Origin: the human T2T-CHM13v2.0 reference genome, Homo sapiens
Length of the DNA stretch: 64,000 nt
Assembly: GCF_009914755.1 (NCBI RefSeq)
Contig: NC_060937.1
Strand: one strand, 5' to 3'
A program made the position numbers and the translations under genes. This document shows positions 1 through 14,684 of the stretch, one piece after another (within the stretch, counting starts at the first letter, position 1; each line of letters opens with the position of its first letter). Under the pieces are notes generated by a model that did no database searches, was not told the DNA's origin, and was given only the letters and a program-made list of their open reading frames with translations.

Positions 1-360
1 CATAAAGATTCCATTTCCCAAATTGCCAGAAGTTTGGAAAGGGGAGAACTGATCAATTAATGATAAAGAAAACATTTCCTACACGAAAAGGAAGTTGGAC
101 TGTGTGGTGATTGACACAGTCACATTTCCTGGTTTCCCAAGGCTGTGCCTGAGTCCTTGAAGGCCTTTAAGAATGGATTCAAGAGAGATGTAACTTTCTA
201 ACCACCTTGTTAGTAACCAAGGTGACAAAACTGAGGATCAAGCAGATGCGTACAGAATAGACAGTAGTTCTGTCCTGTGTGTTACAGACTTAATGCCTTC
301 TCTTCCCAGAGAGCATCACGCAGTGATATTCCATTCTGGAAAATCAGCTCGACCATTTTT

Positions 361-664
361 CCTTTTTTTTTTTTTTTTTTTTTTGAGATGGAGTCTCGCT
401 CTGTTGCCCAGGCTGGAGCGCAGTGGTGCAATCTCGGCTCGCTGCAACCTCCGCTTCACGGGTTCCAGCGATTCTCCTGCCTCAGCCTCCTAAGCAGCTG
501 GGACTACAGGCATGCGCCACCACACCTAGCTAATTTTTCTATTTTTAGTAGAGATAGGGTTTCATCATATTGGCCAGGATGGTCTCAAACTCCTGATCTT
601 GTAATCCACCAGCCTTGGTCTCCCAAAGTGCTGGGATCACAGGCGTGAGCCACCGTGCCTGGCC
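361..664 (-). mobile_element. Alu (AluS-type), full length
   Basis: Poly-T at 363-385 is followed by a reverse-complement Alu body ending ...gtgcctggcc. Degenerate TSD: cagctcgaccattt (345-358) / cagtgtgaccattt (665-678). Confidence 0.95.
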
Positions 665-1499
665 CAGTGTGACCATTTAAACATTTCTAGTTACATGATT
701 TTGTAATATTCAATATATATGAAATTTCTAGAAAATAATTGTTATTTCCCTCATTTTGCTTAGAGAATGATGGACCATTTTACAAATTCTACTTGGAATA
801 ACTAGCAACACAGTTCAAGCAGATAATTCAAGAATTAGGTCCTCTTTCACCATTAGTTTTCTACATATTTCAGGAAAACTAAGTCAAATGGAGCCTAAAT
901 TCTGAAGATAGACCTAAATGCTCAACCACATTTTTAAAATTATGCAGGCTACAAATAACTGCACACAGTTGGCTGGAGCCCATTTATTAAACATGCACTT
1001 TCCTCACCAGCAGGCTAAGAGGACATCAGGGCACCCGTACACACCTAGCCCTCACCTTCCCCAAGCTCTTACGCCCTCAGCAAAACCCATGCCCTTGGCT
1101 CTTTCCTGTGAAGCCAGGATCTCTATGAAACAAATGGAATAATACATTGGAATAATACTTTTTCTGCACATTTTTTCTAACTTCTATAATTTTCATTTCC
1201 AAATTAGCTGAAGAGTGAAATTGATTTGTTTGATAAGCCGATGGTTAGCAGGTCCTAGTTAACCATAATGCACGGGGCATCCCGCCTCAAGGCAGAGTTC
1301 GAAATAAGCGGATTCAGCTTTTAGTCTGTCAGAGGGAAAGACCTTGTCTTTTTTTTTTTAAATGACGGCTGTGTGTTACCAGAAGATACAGAATCAGGCA
1401 GGAGCCAGGCTTGCCAGGACCACATCCTCTCTCTACAGACTGGGAAAGTTTCTCCAACAGCAGGAGCCAGGCTCAACGGCGGGGCAGGCATATACATGG

Positions 1500-1630
1500 C
1501 CTACCATCTTCAGGCCTCAGATTTTCCATTAAAAAACAGGGATAACAACAAGATCCAACCCTACGCATAGGTTATTGGGATTCAATACCATTTTTAAATG
1601 TCTTATGAATTATAAGGTACGCTACAAACG
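1500..1630 (+). mobile_element. MIR fragment
   Basis: ggcctcagattttccattaaaaaacagggataac resembles the MIR core (gcctcagtttcctcatctgtaaaatggggataat). Confidence 0.5.
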
Positions 1631-1984
1631 TTAAGTTTTCAGAATAAGGCATGTCATTCCATGATTACAAACTTGTGCTTTTGTTTTGCAGTTTATCCTG
1701 TAAGCACGTCCCAGTAGTTTCCCCAACCTCAATGGTACCTCAGCGTCTTCATTCCACTAGATCACTTCTAGGTCTTTTCAAATTTTATATACTTTTGAGG
1801 AAGAAATTCGAGTTGACGTATACTCTACCAAGTAACCACCACCACCCAGGGATACCACCACCATGATGATGGAATTGATGGCTACAGTATGAAAGTTTTT
1901 AAAAGCTCTGCATATTATTGTTCCCAAGGACTCTATCTCCCTCACACACTGTGACATGTGGGCTAACATCAGTAGCACGGCTGG

Positions 1985-2290
1985 CCGGGCTCAATTCCTC
2001 CTGGTCCCTTACTACCTCTTTCTCTTCACTTTCTCCTTTGAGCCTTAGCTCTCCATGCCAGCCACACTGGCCTCCTTCCTGTTCTGGAACATACCGGGCA
2101 ACCTGCTGCCCCAGAGCCTTTGCACTGCTGTTCATCCCCTTTGCCTACTTGGATTCCTCCCTTAACATCTGTAAGACCGGCTTCCCCTGACCTTCAGGTT
2201 GCTTGGCTCAAATTTCCTTTCCCCCCTCTCCCTTCCCTGCTTCATTGCTAGAGCATTTCACCACCTGTAGTGCTTCATCTCCTAAATGCA
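1985..2290 (+). mobile_element. L2 fragment
   Basis: cagccacactggcctccttcctgttctggaac...gcctttgcactgctgttc is typical of the L2 3' region. Confidence 0.65.
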
Positions 2291-5200
2291 CATCCAAATT
2301 AAGTTTACTTCCTAGGTTTCAAAGGCAGACAGCTCACTGAAGACTCGCCCACTTTCTGTTATTCTTTTTAGCTTGAAAAACCAAATCTGTTTCTCTCTAG
2401 CCTATTCTTTCATATTGCTCAAATGGATGAAGTATTTTTGAGATAGTCTATATGCAACAATTGTCATCTTTGTAATGAAAACATGCAGAAATTTAACAGT
2501 TTGAATACATTTAAAAATTAAAGGGAGATCTCACCATTTTTGCCATCGTCCTTTCTGCCCCCAACTTTCTACCTTTCTCAAGCAACCCATAAGTAAAGTT
2601 CCTATTTTTCTTTTTTTCTGAAAACTGCAAAAGGTGGCAAAAGGTGAGAATGGGAGGAGACTCATCTGTGACTAACTCCCCCATCAGCCTCACGGGTGGG
2701 TGACTTGGAGCTCCCCAACCCAATGGGACTTCCTTCTTTCGCCTACACTGGCCACCACCATGGAGGGCAGGGAGGCCAAGAGCGGCAAGCAGCCCTTTGA
2801 GCCGGTGGGGGCTGTGGCTGGCAGGAAAGGAGGGGGCTTTCCTGAACAGGCTAGGGATGCCTATAGAAAGAATGTGATCAATACCCTTAACGCAGCCTTT
2901 GGGGCTGCCTACAAAAAGGAGCCAAGAAACCTGACAATGGGGAAGTTTCTGGAATACTACCATTTACAACAAAGACTGAGCACAGAATGAAGTACCAGGA
3001 GAGCTTGGAGGCAAGGCCGCCAAGAGCTCAGGGCAAGCTGACATCTAGGAATCGGGATAGCAGCAGAATCAAAGCTACTATTTTTCAGAGAAGAAAACTT
3101 ACAAACACTACCTCATCTGATGCACCCCAGGTTCACGCAGGGGTGAAGGGGTGAAACATCTGAGTGGTCCCAGCTGTGAATGGGACCAGTACTGTGAATG
3201 TTCCAGCAAGGATATCCACTGTCGCAGCAGAGACATCCCGTGAAACATCCCATTCTCTGTGCTCAGCCAAGATTGCCTGCGGGGTGGACACTTATGAAAA
3301 GGATCAGAGGGGCTGCCCAGAAAATGGTGCCCGGTGGGATGCTGCCAAGTTGACTCTGAAGGCACCTAGGGAACAGAGGCCAGGCTTCACATTTCTTCTG
3401 CATCTCCCAGGACATCTACTCTTGTGCTGACACACGCTGAACTCTCAATACATTGATTGGCTTAAAATATCAACTGTGTTCTGCGTTTTGGAAATGGCTG
3501 AAGACCCAGTGATTCTAAACAGCCCAGCGAACCTGGACAGATCAAGACTCACACAGATGAATGTGTATCACCCAGACTTGTTCTAAGAACTTCATTAAAT
3601 GCTCCCTGCTGGGAAAACTTGGACATTTCATTGCAGTGATTATTTCATCTCGAACTAGGAACACTGATAAGCTAAGCTGCAAATAACAGTAAGACGGCAA
3701 ACTGAACCAAGGTGTGTCCTTTCTACTGGACCACTGAAACTTTCATCTGTCCCCAAACACCAAAATGCCCTTACATGTAGAAGCTACAAAACCTTTAGGA
3801 GAAATTCTCATTTAAAAAACTTGTCAGAACAAATAATCTCAACAATGTCTTTGCATCAATGAATGCAAATTCATGGATGTTTATATCTAAAAGGGTTTTG
3901 TGTAGCCTTTGTATCTAGTATTTTCATGCAGTTCAATATTAATATTTAATTTTTTTCTCTTTTGCTTTCTCAGCCAGCTAAATTAAAGTTAGTTTTCTGA
4001 AACTGCAATTAAAATAAATTTACAATCCTGGATTTATAATACTTTAAAAGAGAAAAAGAGATTTGGTACTTTTGCAACTAACACATTTTGCTAAAGCATA
4101 CTCAAATATACTTTCAGTTGAACTATACATTTAGTAGATGTCTACTTGACAACATAAGTTATTTGTACAAGTCTCAGCACACTCACCTGATATATAGAAC
4201 TGGAAGAGGGTATGGGTAGCTTATGGATTTGTTTTCTGTTTCATTTGCGTATGTAAAACGTTATTTTAGGTTGCTTTTATGCAGGAAGACAATAAAAAGT
4301 GAATACCTACTATCATACCAGAATAAAACTGAAGCAAAGCACTTTAGTAATTTATTTTTTTAAAATGCACCAAAGGTGTGGGGTAAGAAACTGACCACAA
4401 GACTCTACTTTTCCAGGAATTTCTGCTGTCTGGGAAGTTCAGAAGCCCTGCAATGTCCACAGTAAACTAGGGTCCCAGTACCTCCATTTCTGACCTCTTC
4501 AAACAGAAACAGTCTCTGCTCAATACACTCTAATCCACGACTTGCTTAATCCTGCTTATTGCGTGGAGTTTCTAAAGGATTATGTGCATGGTTTTTAAAT
4601 TTAGTAAAGAAATTCTGGCCTATTTCCAAAACTTTTCTCCCTGCTTCACAATTCCCCTTATTTATCCATCCATCTGGGTATGGGAAGTCCCGAACAAAGA
4701 AAGGAGGGCAGAGAGGCTCACCCGGCATGCGCTGGGCCCAGGCAGCGCAGGGCAGTCATGGGTGAGGGTGGCCACTGAGATGACGGGATCGGGGGCGGCT
4801 TCTGCCGCAGACCCGGGAATTCACGTGGTCAGATGGTCCCTGACTTCAGTCCCTATTTTCGGTGGTTCATAGCACGGAGCGGTGCAGGTAGGTGCACGCT
4901 CTTCCCAGGTCCTCTGCAGAAGGCAAAAGTTCCCAGAGGCACCCAAACCTTGCTGGGGAAAAGGCTTCTGGCCGATTCATGAAGACCCCCAGACCACACG
5001 TCTGCATCAGTTTTCCTGACTAAATTGGTGGGTGCTCAACAAACCCATCACTGCAACACAGGGCGCTCCGAACGTGGCTTTCTTCTTAACCTGGAAGAAG
5101 GTCCGTAACTCCATTCGCCCGGATAGCAAAACTGCTTTCCTGCTTTGCTCATCCAGCCAGGTCTCCAATCTCACCTGCTGTTTGGTGGGTCACGGCGCTC

Positions 5201-5322
5201 ACCGTTGGGGGTGCTGGCCAGGAAGGAGGTACTGTCTCTTGATGCTGAGAGGCCTGACAGCTTGCACAAAGCAAACACTGCACTGCCCACAAGAGTTCCA
5301 GGCCACAGATTTGCCTATTACA

Positions 5323-5628
<306 letters not shown>

Positions 5629-7289
5629 GCCTATTACATTTTTTAAAGTGTGAATATCTTAAGAATTTTTATGTGTTTGCTAAAGTGTTTCTTTCTGCTT
5701 TTGAAAGTGAGGTTATACCCACGTCATTAGAATAATGGCAGCTTCTGTGAAATTAAATTTGTATGAAAACTATTTATCTTCATATAAAAATCCAGCTAAA
5801 TGATTTTTTTCCTGAGAATTAAAAAAAAAGAAAAAAACAAGGGCTGTTAAAAATAAAAAGGCACTGACAAAATACTCAATTCCCCAGAAGATAACCACCT
5901 AGCAACAACTGATTAGTTAGTTATTGGTCCTTAGGCAAATTCTAAATTGATTAGTTTTCAAATAAACTCATTAAATAGGTTAATGACTCATTTCTTAGAA
6001 AAATGTTAATGGACTTATCCATAATGGGGAATATATGATATTTCACTTATAGAACAAGCACCTGTCTTAGAGACACAGAGAGCAGTGACCGAATGCACCC
6101 GCTGACTCATCACTGTGTCACCGCCCAGGCTGAACCTGTTACACAGAGCCGCCTTCAATTCTGCTAGATAATCTAGGCCTTTCGATTTCACTGGGGGTCT
6201 TCATGAAACAATAACTTTGTTTCCTTTTCTTTGATAAAGTAAATACATGACCTTAAATATTTGCCAAATCTTCTCCCCACTCAGTAGACACCGTCCACAT
6301 AGTCATGAACAGCCATATTTCTCTGATTTATAACGCGTTTCTTCATTAAGGAATTCTGCATTCTCTATTTCTGGCTTTCAGGGTTTCTTTTAGTCTATGG
6401 ATGAAGAAAGTTACTAAAATGTTCCAAAGTAAAAAGACTAATATCATTTCCACAAATACTAAGTTGTTCTAAAGAGCATAGGCTGTATCCTGGGAGAAAG
6501 TTATTCATCAAGATACAAAGAACCAACTGAGATGTGTCATTGTTTGTATCACATTCTCCTACTCTTTCTTGATGATATCTACAAACAACTCTACCACTAA
6601 TTGAATCAGTGACCTTGACTAAGACTCCGGACCTCACACAGCCTCTGTTTTCACAACCTTAAATAACTAAGTTACATTCTATCAACGGTTCTCAACTCTT
6701 CCTTCTCAGAACACCCTTGTATATTTTTTTCGTATTGTCACCACCTGAGTTGCAAGAGTTTTAATGTATTTGATGGTGGCGGTGGTGGGGAGGTATCTTA
6801 CCAAGTATCATATACAGTTTGCTTTACCAAGAGGTAATGAAAGACAGCCAGAGCAATCTAAGTTTTCCACTTTGTTGACACATCTAGAGGTCCAGGAAGC
6901 ATGACTGGAGTCCCCAGAACAGATCCATCACCAACTTGATGGTCAACTTTAAAATTCACTAGTAACATCACAGCCTTGAAAATAGTATCAAATACTAAAC
7001 TCTCCAAACCGGAGGATGTAAAAACTGATTTCAATAAATAGAGCGCTTTCCTACCAGTCTTCCTCCTCAATGGTCCCCATTTTCCTTTGAATTGATACCC
7101 AGTGGAAGAAAAAGGGGGAGATGATTAACTATCACTCCAGCAAAATATTAACTTAAATGTTGCTTGAGGCAAGGGTCTAGGATAAAATCCTAATGTAATT
7201 ATTGCATATGAGCTTCCCAAGCAGACAATATGACATTAGAGAACTGGGCTAGGGATACCAAGATGTTATGAGGTTGAACCCGACACTCC

Positions 7290-7420
7290 TTCTCCTTTTG
7301 GCTCAGAGATCTGGAGCAAGTCATCTGGCCTCTCCACACTGTAGGTTCTTGATTCCAAAGAATGGGGTTCATGGTGGTTCTGCCTATGCCATAGGATTTT
7401 TTGGAATATTATACCATATT
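7290..7420 (+). mobile_element. MIR fragment
   Basis: gagcaagtcatctggcctctcc...aagaatgggg is a degenerate MIR core. Confidence 0.45.
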
Positions 7421-7716
7421 GTATATAGGAAAATGTCTTACCACTATAAAGGGAAGAAAAACACCCTTTGAATTTTACACAACTCTTTTAACCCCAAGAG
7501 AAGAGTGGCAGGCAGTTATCCGTCAATATTGATCAGAATAATGGTACATCGTCATTGCATTCAACTTCAATAAGATTCTTTCAAAATCTTCAGTTGCCAG
7601 TTGTCTACCAAGTTGTGGGATTATCTGTTACACTTATACTTTGGAGGCCAAAGATTGACTTATTTAAGTCCATAGAATGCATACAGAAAGCACTGTATCA
7701 TATTCTTAAATATTAA

Positions 7717-8069
<353 letters not shown>

Positions 8070-8082
8070 TAACATAAACATA

Positions 8083-8150
8083 AGGATTTTAAGGTAACAA
8101 AATCACACAGTATAATAGGATTGTAAAGTAACAAAATCACATAGTATAAT
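8083..8150. repeat. 34-bp tandem duplication (2 copies, 3 mismatches)
   Basis: aggattttaaggtaacaaaatcacacagtataat followed by aggattgtaaagtaacaaaatcacatagtataat. Confidence 0.9.
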
Positions 8151-8386
8151 GAACTATATCATAATATCTGTTTTTATGCATTGAAAACAATTGAAATTTC
8201 ATACCACACCGTAATAACTGACTCAAGTATTTGTACTAACTGTATAGGGATAAAGTAGCAGTAGACTATGCTTAAGTTATAAAGTTTCAACATGAACAAA
8301 GAACACATCATTAATCCTTGAATTTCAGTTATGGAGAAAAATATCATATCCAGCCTCCTGGAGCATGACTGGATGAGATATTATGG

Positions 8387-8388
<2 letters not shown>

Positions 8389-8442
<54 letters not shown>
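8389..8442. repeat. (AC)27 microsatellite, uninterrupted
   Basis: Read directly from the sequence. Confidence 0.98.
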
Positions 8443-8443
<1 letters not shown>

Positions 8444-8510
8444 AGCCCCAAATATTTGTTGCTGGAAAACCTGATACTCTTTAAAATGAATATTAAAAGA
8501 TCCAGCATTA

Positions 8511-8820
<310 letters not shown>

Positions 8821-10799
8821 TTACAGGGTGCAATGCGTGTGATCAGTTATCTTTAAAAAATATATCGTGGGTCAAAATATTTGATCAAATATTCCAAATT
8901 TCAGTAAAAACACAGTAAGCAAGGAATATTTTATAAACCTTGTGTATATAGATATCATATATGACATAAGAAAACTGGACAGAGTTTCCAAGGCTTCACC
9001 TTTACCCATTCAAGTTTTACAGTGTCTTTGGACACATAAAAGTGACTCTATACAAACTTAGTATTTTCCTAGTCTAATAGAAAATTAATCAGAACCACCA
9101 AATTGACTATTTTATCATTTGTAAACATGTAACCCATAAGTTTTAATCCAATCTATTTCAGAATTCTTATGTAATGAATTCACTTAAGTAATAAAGCTAT
9201 AACACACAGAAGCATCTTGCATTATTTGCACCTACAGAGCAAAATGTTGGTATACAACATATACTCCAACTCTTTCTACACTAACCTTCACCTATGCATT
9301 GTATTTTAGCACCCAGTTAATGTAAGTCTCTGTAGCTATCTTGAAAGAAATTGAAATCAGTAGCAATCATCAACCCCATCATCTCCTCCATGCCAAATGA
9401 TGACTTTACTAGTTTTCTTCAGAAAAGTCTAGCACTGAACTCTGTGTACAATAATCTACCTGAAATGAGTCAGAATAACCACTGCAATCTTGAAGAACCC
9501 ACTCAAACTAAATATAGAAAGAGTGTCCCTATCTAAACTTGGACAGCATTCTTTTCACAAAAATCATGATCTGACAGTTAATGTGTTTATAACCAATACT
9601 TTTGGACATTCAGAAAATTTTGTTTTCATTTGTTCATTAAAACGCCAACATTAAAACGTTTTGTTCATCTTGTATAGAAATATACATTCTGCTGTCATCC
9701 GTACTAGAGAAATGAAACAGAGAATCCACCTGCATTACAGCTGTCCAAATGCAGGATGGGGGGCGGGGGGCACAGCACTTTGCCTCACCCAGTGTTTTCC
9801 TCATTCTACTTGGCAATGCAGATGAAAGAATAAAGTTACATTTTCCCTTAAGTTTATAAGGTGAAATGGGAACACTTGATTCTGTGCTACTCCCCCTAGA
9901 AAAAAACCAAAACAAACAAACAAAAACCCTTTCTACTTGCCAAATCTGATACCAAAATTAGCTCTTAGAACTACGTTTCTAAAGAAAATGCATTAGTGGG
10001 AATTTTAACAGAAAACCCATTATACTCATGCTGTTACTAAAACTTTTCCAAGTTCTTCTCTTCAGAAAAAAGAGCCTCATTTTAAATACTCATACTTCTA
10101 AAGAAAATAAAATATCAATTCTCTACTAAGATTCCTTTTTGGGTGGTAGAAAAACAAAAGAATCACGCATTTTCCTACTATGTTTGATAAGCACAGTGCT
10201 ACCATCAAAACTGCAGGAATGACCACCCTCATTAAATCGACCCCAAAGAATGAACCCCCAGACTAAACAATGAGTAGTCAAACAACCTCAGGGTTCTGTT
10301 TTTCTTTCAATGCATTCGGCATTAAGAGGCGATTTTTAAAATGTATATTCTAATTATACATTTTCATCTTGTCAACATCTCTTAATATAAAAACCAGTAA
10401 TAAAAGGTAATCAGAAGTTCAGTCTTAACATAGTTTCAGGATTACCATACTGTTTTCCCTAATTGTTACTTTACTATGTAATTTAGAACACCACTTTGTT
10501 ACAATCTGTTCATAAATATCTATGAACAGATCTTAAGTTACATAAAGGGGGAAAACAATGGCTCTTGGGAGCCTGGAGCGGAACTAGCAATAAGCAGTAA
10601 AGGTAAGCAATTTTTAAGGTGCTGGCTCCATTTTCAGACTATGCTGTTACTGTTTGTTTCAATTTAAGAGCACCCATTTACAAAAGTGTCTTTCCTGTAT
10701 ACATTCATGGTTTCAAAGCAATAAGTATCAACAACTGGATTTATTAGCATCTTCCTTTAGAAGAGCTTAAAACACTCTTGATGTTTATGACCTCATTTA

Positions 10800-10975
10800 C
10801 CTTCCAGCGGCCTTGTGACACAGAAAGGGGAGGATTATAATTACCCCCATTTTACAGACAGGGAAAGTGAGAAGGCAGGATTAAGTGGCTCTCCCATAGA
10901 CACACAATGACTCATTAAGATCAGCAACTAGAAACCTGGTTTCCTGATTCCTGGTTTAGTGTTCCACATACTATG
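10800..10975 (-). mobile_element. MIR fragment
   Basis: attacccccattttacagacagggaaagtgagaaggc...ttaagtggctctccc is the reverse-complement MIR core. Confidence 0.7.
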
Positions 10976-13704
10976 CTTCCTTCTATGAAGTACTATTTTT
11001 GTAAAGGTTTCTCTTTCAATAAAGGAAACAGAACAAGTCATGTGACTTTCATTCACGAAAGCCGGTGTGTGTTTTCATTAGCACCTTAGTTGTCTGCTCC
11101 TGCGAATAGGGCAGCAGCAGTGCACGCTATTGTCTTATTATGGCCAGAGCCAGCCAACTAAAGCAAACTAGCACCCGCCACAGCAAACAGAAAACTTGTG
11201 TGGTTTGTCAATCACCTCACTGGATTTCTGAATTTAGGAAAATTCTCTGCTTTACGACTTCAAAAGGCAAAACTTTTCAACATAAATCGTGATTTTATTG
11301 TCCCTTTGGAAACATATCTCTTATCATTCTTTCCCCTTAAGAAATGATAATCCTTTTATTCAACAAAATTTAAATATGGATACTTTCAGTAGTAATTCTG
11401 ATCTAATCTGTCTTATACATACATACATATATATACGCCAATTTTAGAATAAAATCCCTAAAATCACTAAAAAGGAATACTAAAACAGCAAATTTTATGG
11501 CATTCATCAATCTACCATCCTAACACAAAAACATATAAAGTTAATTTTAAAAATCAGTTTTAAAGCACAGGAAATTCAGTAGCGTCTTTCCAATTCCCAA
11601 ACAACAACGAAACCTAACAAATTGGTTAGAGTTTTCCACATGCACACACACCAAAAACACATGATAAGTAACCTTAACCTGCCCTCAAATAAGATGCATA
11701 ATTTTGAGTTTGCTCTGGACTAATAAAAACAGATGTACCTGAGATATACTTTTTAACTGGCTCTTGCACTGAAAGCCCACCCCCATTCACGATTCTATTG
11801 TAAACAAGTGCCAGACATGGCTGGAACCTTACCTCTCTGCTATCACTTATGCAAATACCAAACATTACCCACATAACCCCAAAATTATTCTGCATCAGCA
11901 TCACTAACGAGGTCTTCCCATGCAGAACAGGAAGAGCTCAGGGTGGAAACACAGGCCACTTCTAAGAGCCAGGCAGGGCAGGGGGCCGCCCAGGAAGTGC
12001 TTTCTCTATTTCATCTTCAAAGAAATGCTTTGCAAGTCGGCCTTCTACAAATCATTTCCTCAAAGGACACTGATCTACTGTGAACTCTGTATTTATGAGC
12101 ATCCCAAACAAATTTCTAGTGCATGTATGAGTTAAATAAAAGTGGGTATTTATCCCAAGTTCCTAAATGCTTCCTTTCTGTCTCAACGGACCACAACTTT
12201 GGTGCTACGTGGACTAAGGTGACACTAGCCTTTCCTATTCTGCTGTTCTCTGTGTTCAACTTACTTTACTAGAAACCCAATGGGGCAGATATTTCTTTTT
12301 TTTTAAATGTCGTTGGGCATGGTGGACTGACTGCAGTTGTCTATTTTGATTTAAAAGATCCTTTTACTTCTTAGAAGAGGGTTCATCATGATACCCACAC
12401 AAACTTCGGACAAACAGCAGCCCCAGTGATCTCTCATCTTTGTTCAGCAGCTACAGAACACAGGCTTCTGTCTGGACTTCAGAATCAAGAATCCTATGGG
12501 CTGAAAGGAATTTTACGCAGGTGGGAAATCTTAAACAAAAGCTCAATCCAGTCTCTAAATAAACTTATCTCTTAGAGTTCAACATTTTCACTAGCCTGAA
12601 AAGGGCATTATTTCCTATTTGGACCCCAATTCTGAATGTATCGGCTTCATCAGAAACGCCTTGCGTCCCTCCAGGCCTGGAGGCACAAATTCCAGCTTAT
12701 GGCGCCTGCTATGGCAGAGCCCACTGCTGGGGCCCCAGCTCCACCCAGTCCAGGTTTGTCCCACCAGCTCCACTGAAAGCAGGAAAAGGTGTTATGTTCT
12801 TGGCTGTTTTCTGATTAGAATCAGATTCGGGTAAGATGTAATTTACTTTCATGTTCACTCTGGCATATACCCATTTGTGCAGACCATAAATATGTGTGTT
12901 TTTCCCCACTCAATTATACTGCTGCTGCTGCTGCTGTGTTTATAATGGTCTGTGTCTTATAAGGCAGCTAATCCTTCAACTTTCTGACACACTAGCAATA
13001 GTGTATAAGTAACTCCAACCAAAGTGACCTTCAGCTGAGAATCACTGTTCACAGGATACATTCTGGCGACTTCCAATGATTTAATTGGATGCTGAAGCAC
13101 CACACTCCTGATAATTCTCTGTGACTCTTCATCTTCTAGTATACGGTTTTAATAAAGGAAATAGCTTTTCTCTATTACACTAGAATAACAGGGAGTTCAC
13201 CCCACAGCTATAATTTTAAATCCCATGGACCGACAGTCCTAAGTATACTATAAAACAGATGCTGGATTTAGATAGCACTAAACTGGTCTATTTAAGAACA
13301 AAAGGCTGTGAATCTCCAGCCCACCTTGATCCTCATCTCATGACCCTTGAAGACTGTTTACACCTTAGGCTCACATCTAATCCAGCATCCAAATTTTACT
13401 ATATGTTTCACTGTTCCCACAAAGCCTCTATCCTGCTAGGAACCCTACAAAGAAAACAGCTACAAAATTAAATAAAGTCTCCCGAATTGAGCATTCACCT
13501 TTCCCTCTCATCTCCCCGACCCCAAACACCATTCAAAGTTTAGACAGCCAGAATGCACCACCAGCTGCATTCTGCATCAGCTCTCTCTCCTCATGGATAT
13601 TTGATCAGAACGGGAAGAACAATACCAGGCACCCTCCTATCCAATTGTTCTTGAGAAGACCTGTGTTTTTTGTCTTTCCCTTGTTTTCTCCAAAGCACTG
13701 ATTG

Positions 13705-14043
13705 TAAATCCTGGCTGCACATTCAAATCACCTGGACAACTCTGAAAAATGTCCGTCCCTGCCTCCTAGCCATCTCATGTTTCACTTCAACGGGTCTGGG
13801 GTGAGGCCCAACAGGTAATTTTTCAATCCTCCCCAGGTGAGTCTCACCTGGGGCAGGGTCCTCACAGGGTGGTCCCCCGGCCAGCAGCATCGGCATTATG
13901 CGGAGACTCACTAGAAATGCACAGCCTGGGCCGCGCCCCAAAGCTACAGCATCGGAAACTGCGGGGTTAACACAGGCCAGAGATCCATGTTTCAGCAAAG
14001 CCTCCAGGTAACTCCCACATATGCTCAAGTTGAACACCACTGC
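13705..14043. mobile_element. MER5-family hAT-Charlie DNA transposon fragments (probably two adjacent copies)
   Basis: ctggctgcacattcaaatcacctgg...ggtctggggtgaggccca, then cagcagcatcggcatta...ctagaaatgca...cctccaggtaactcc...caagttgaacaccactg, resembling the MER5A/MER5B consensus. Confidence 0.65.
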
Positions 14044-14684
14044 ATTAGGCTGTGTGCAGCCTTACCGTTTCACCCCTTCCGAGAAAAACAATGCCTCTGA
14101 TGGAAAAGCTCCCACAGTTTGTGTGTAAAACGGAAATGGTTAACTGTCGCTATTAGCAGCCATCAAAATGGATGCTCATTTCTTAAATGACTTTCAGGTC
14201 TGAACCTTCAAGCTCACCAAGAATCAGGCGGAGCCCAGCTCCAGGAACACAGGGAAAGGTGAAAGCTGCGGCTGAGGGCAGCGGTCCGGACCCGAGGTCC
14301 TTCCAGAAGGACGGACCCACGCAGCCGGATGAAGACAGTCGGGTGCCCCGCGGCCTCTAGTGTGGCCGGTCTGGGAGAACTTCCACTGTGTTAAGGGACA
14401 GGGGGCTGTGGGACGCACAGAATGGGTGAATGGGTGGGGCCTCAAAAAATCAGTCTCCCTCCCACGCGGAAAACGTCACATTCAACTCCAAGACGAATGT
14501 TCCTGGCAAGTTCTCTGAAGGAAGAGAACAGGGCAGCCCGCAGAAAAACAAAACAAGGAGCCAGGGCCAGGCTGTCGGCTTCTGGGTCAAGGTCCCCAAA
14601 AAGTGGGAGCAGTGAAACCCAAGAGGCTCCCTCAGCGCCCCGCCCCTCCTTCCCGCCAGACGCCAAGGCAAAGGGCCTCCTCAC

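Noticed and set aside
277-648. ORFs overlapping Alus (also 5032-5460, 34714-34917, 39352-39747, 60043-60293)
   Set aside because: Typical Alu-derived spurious translations.
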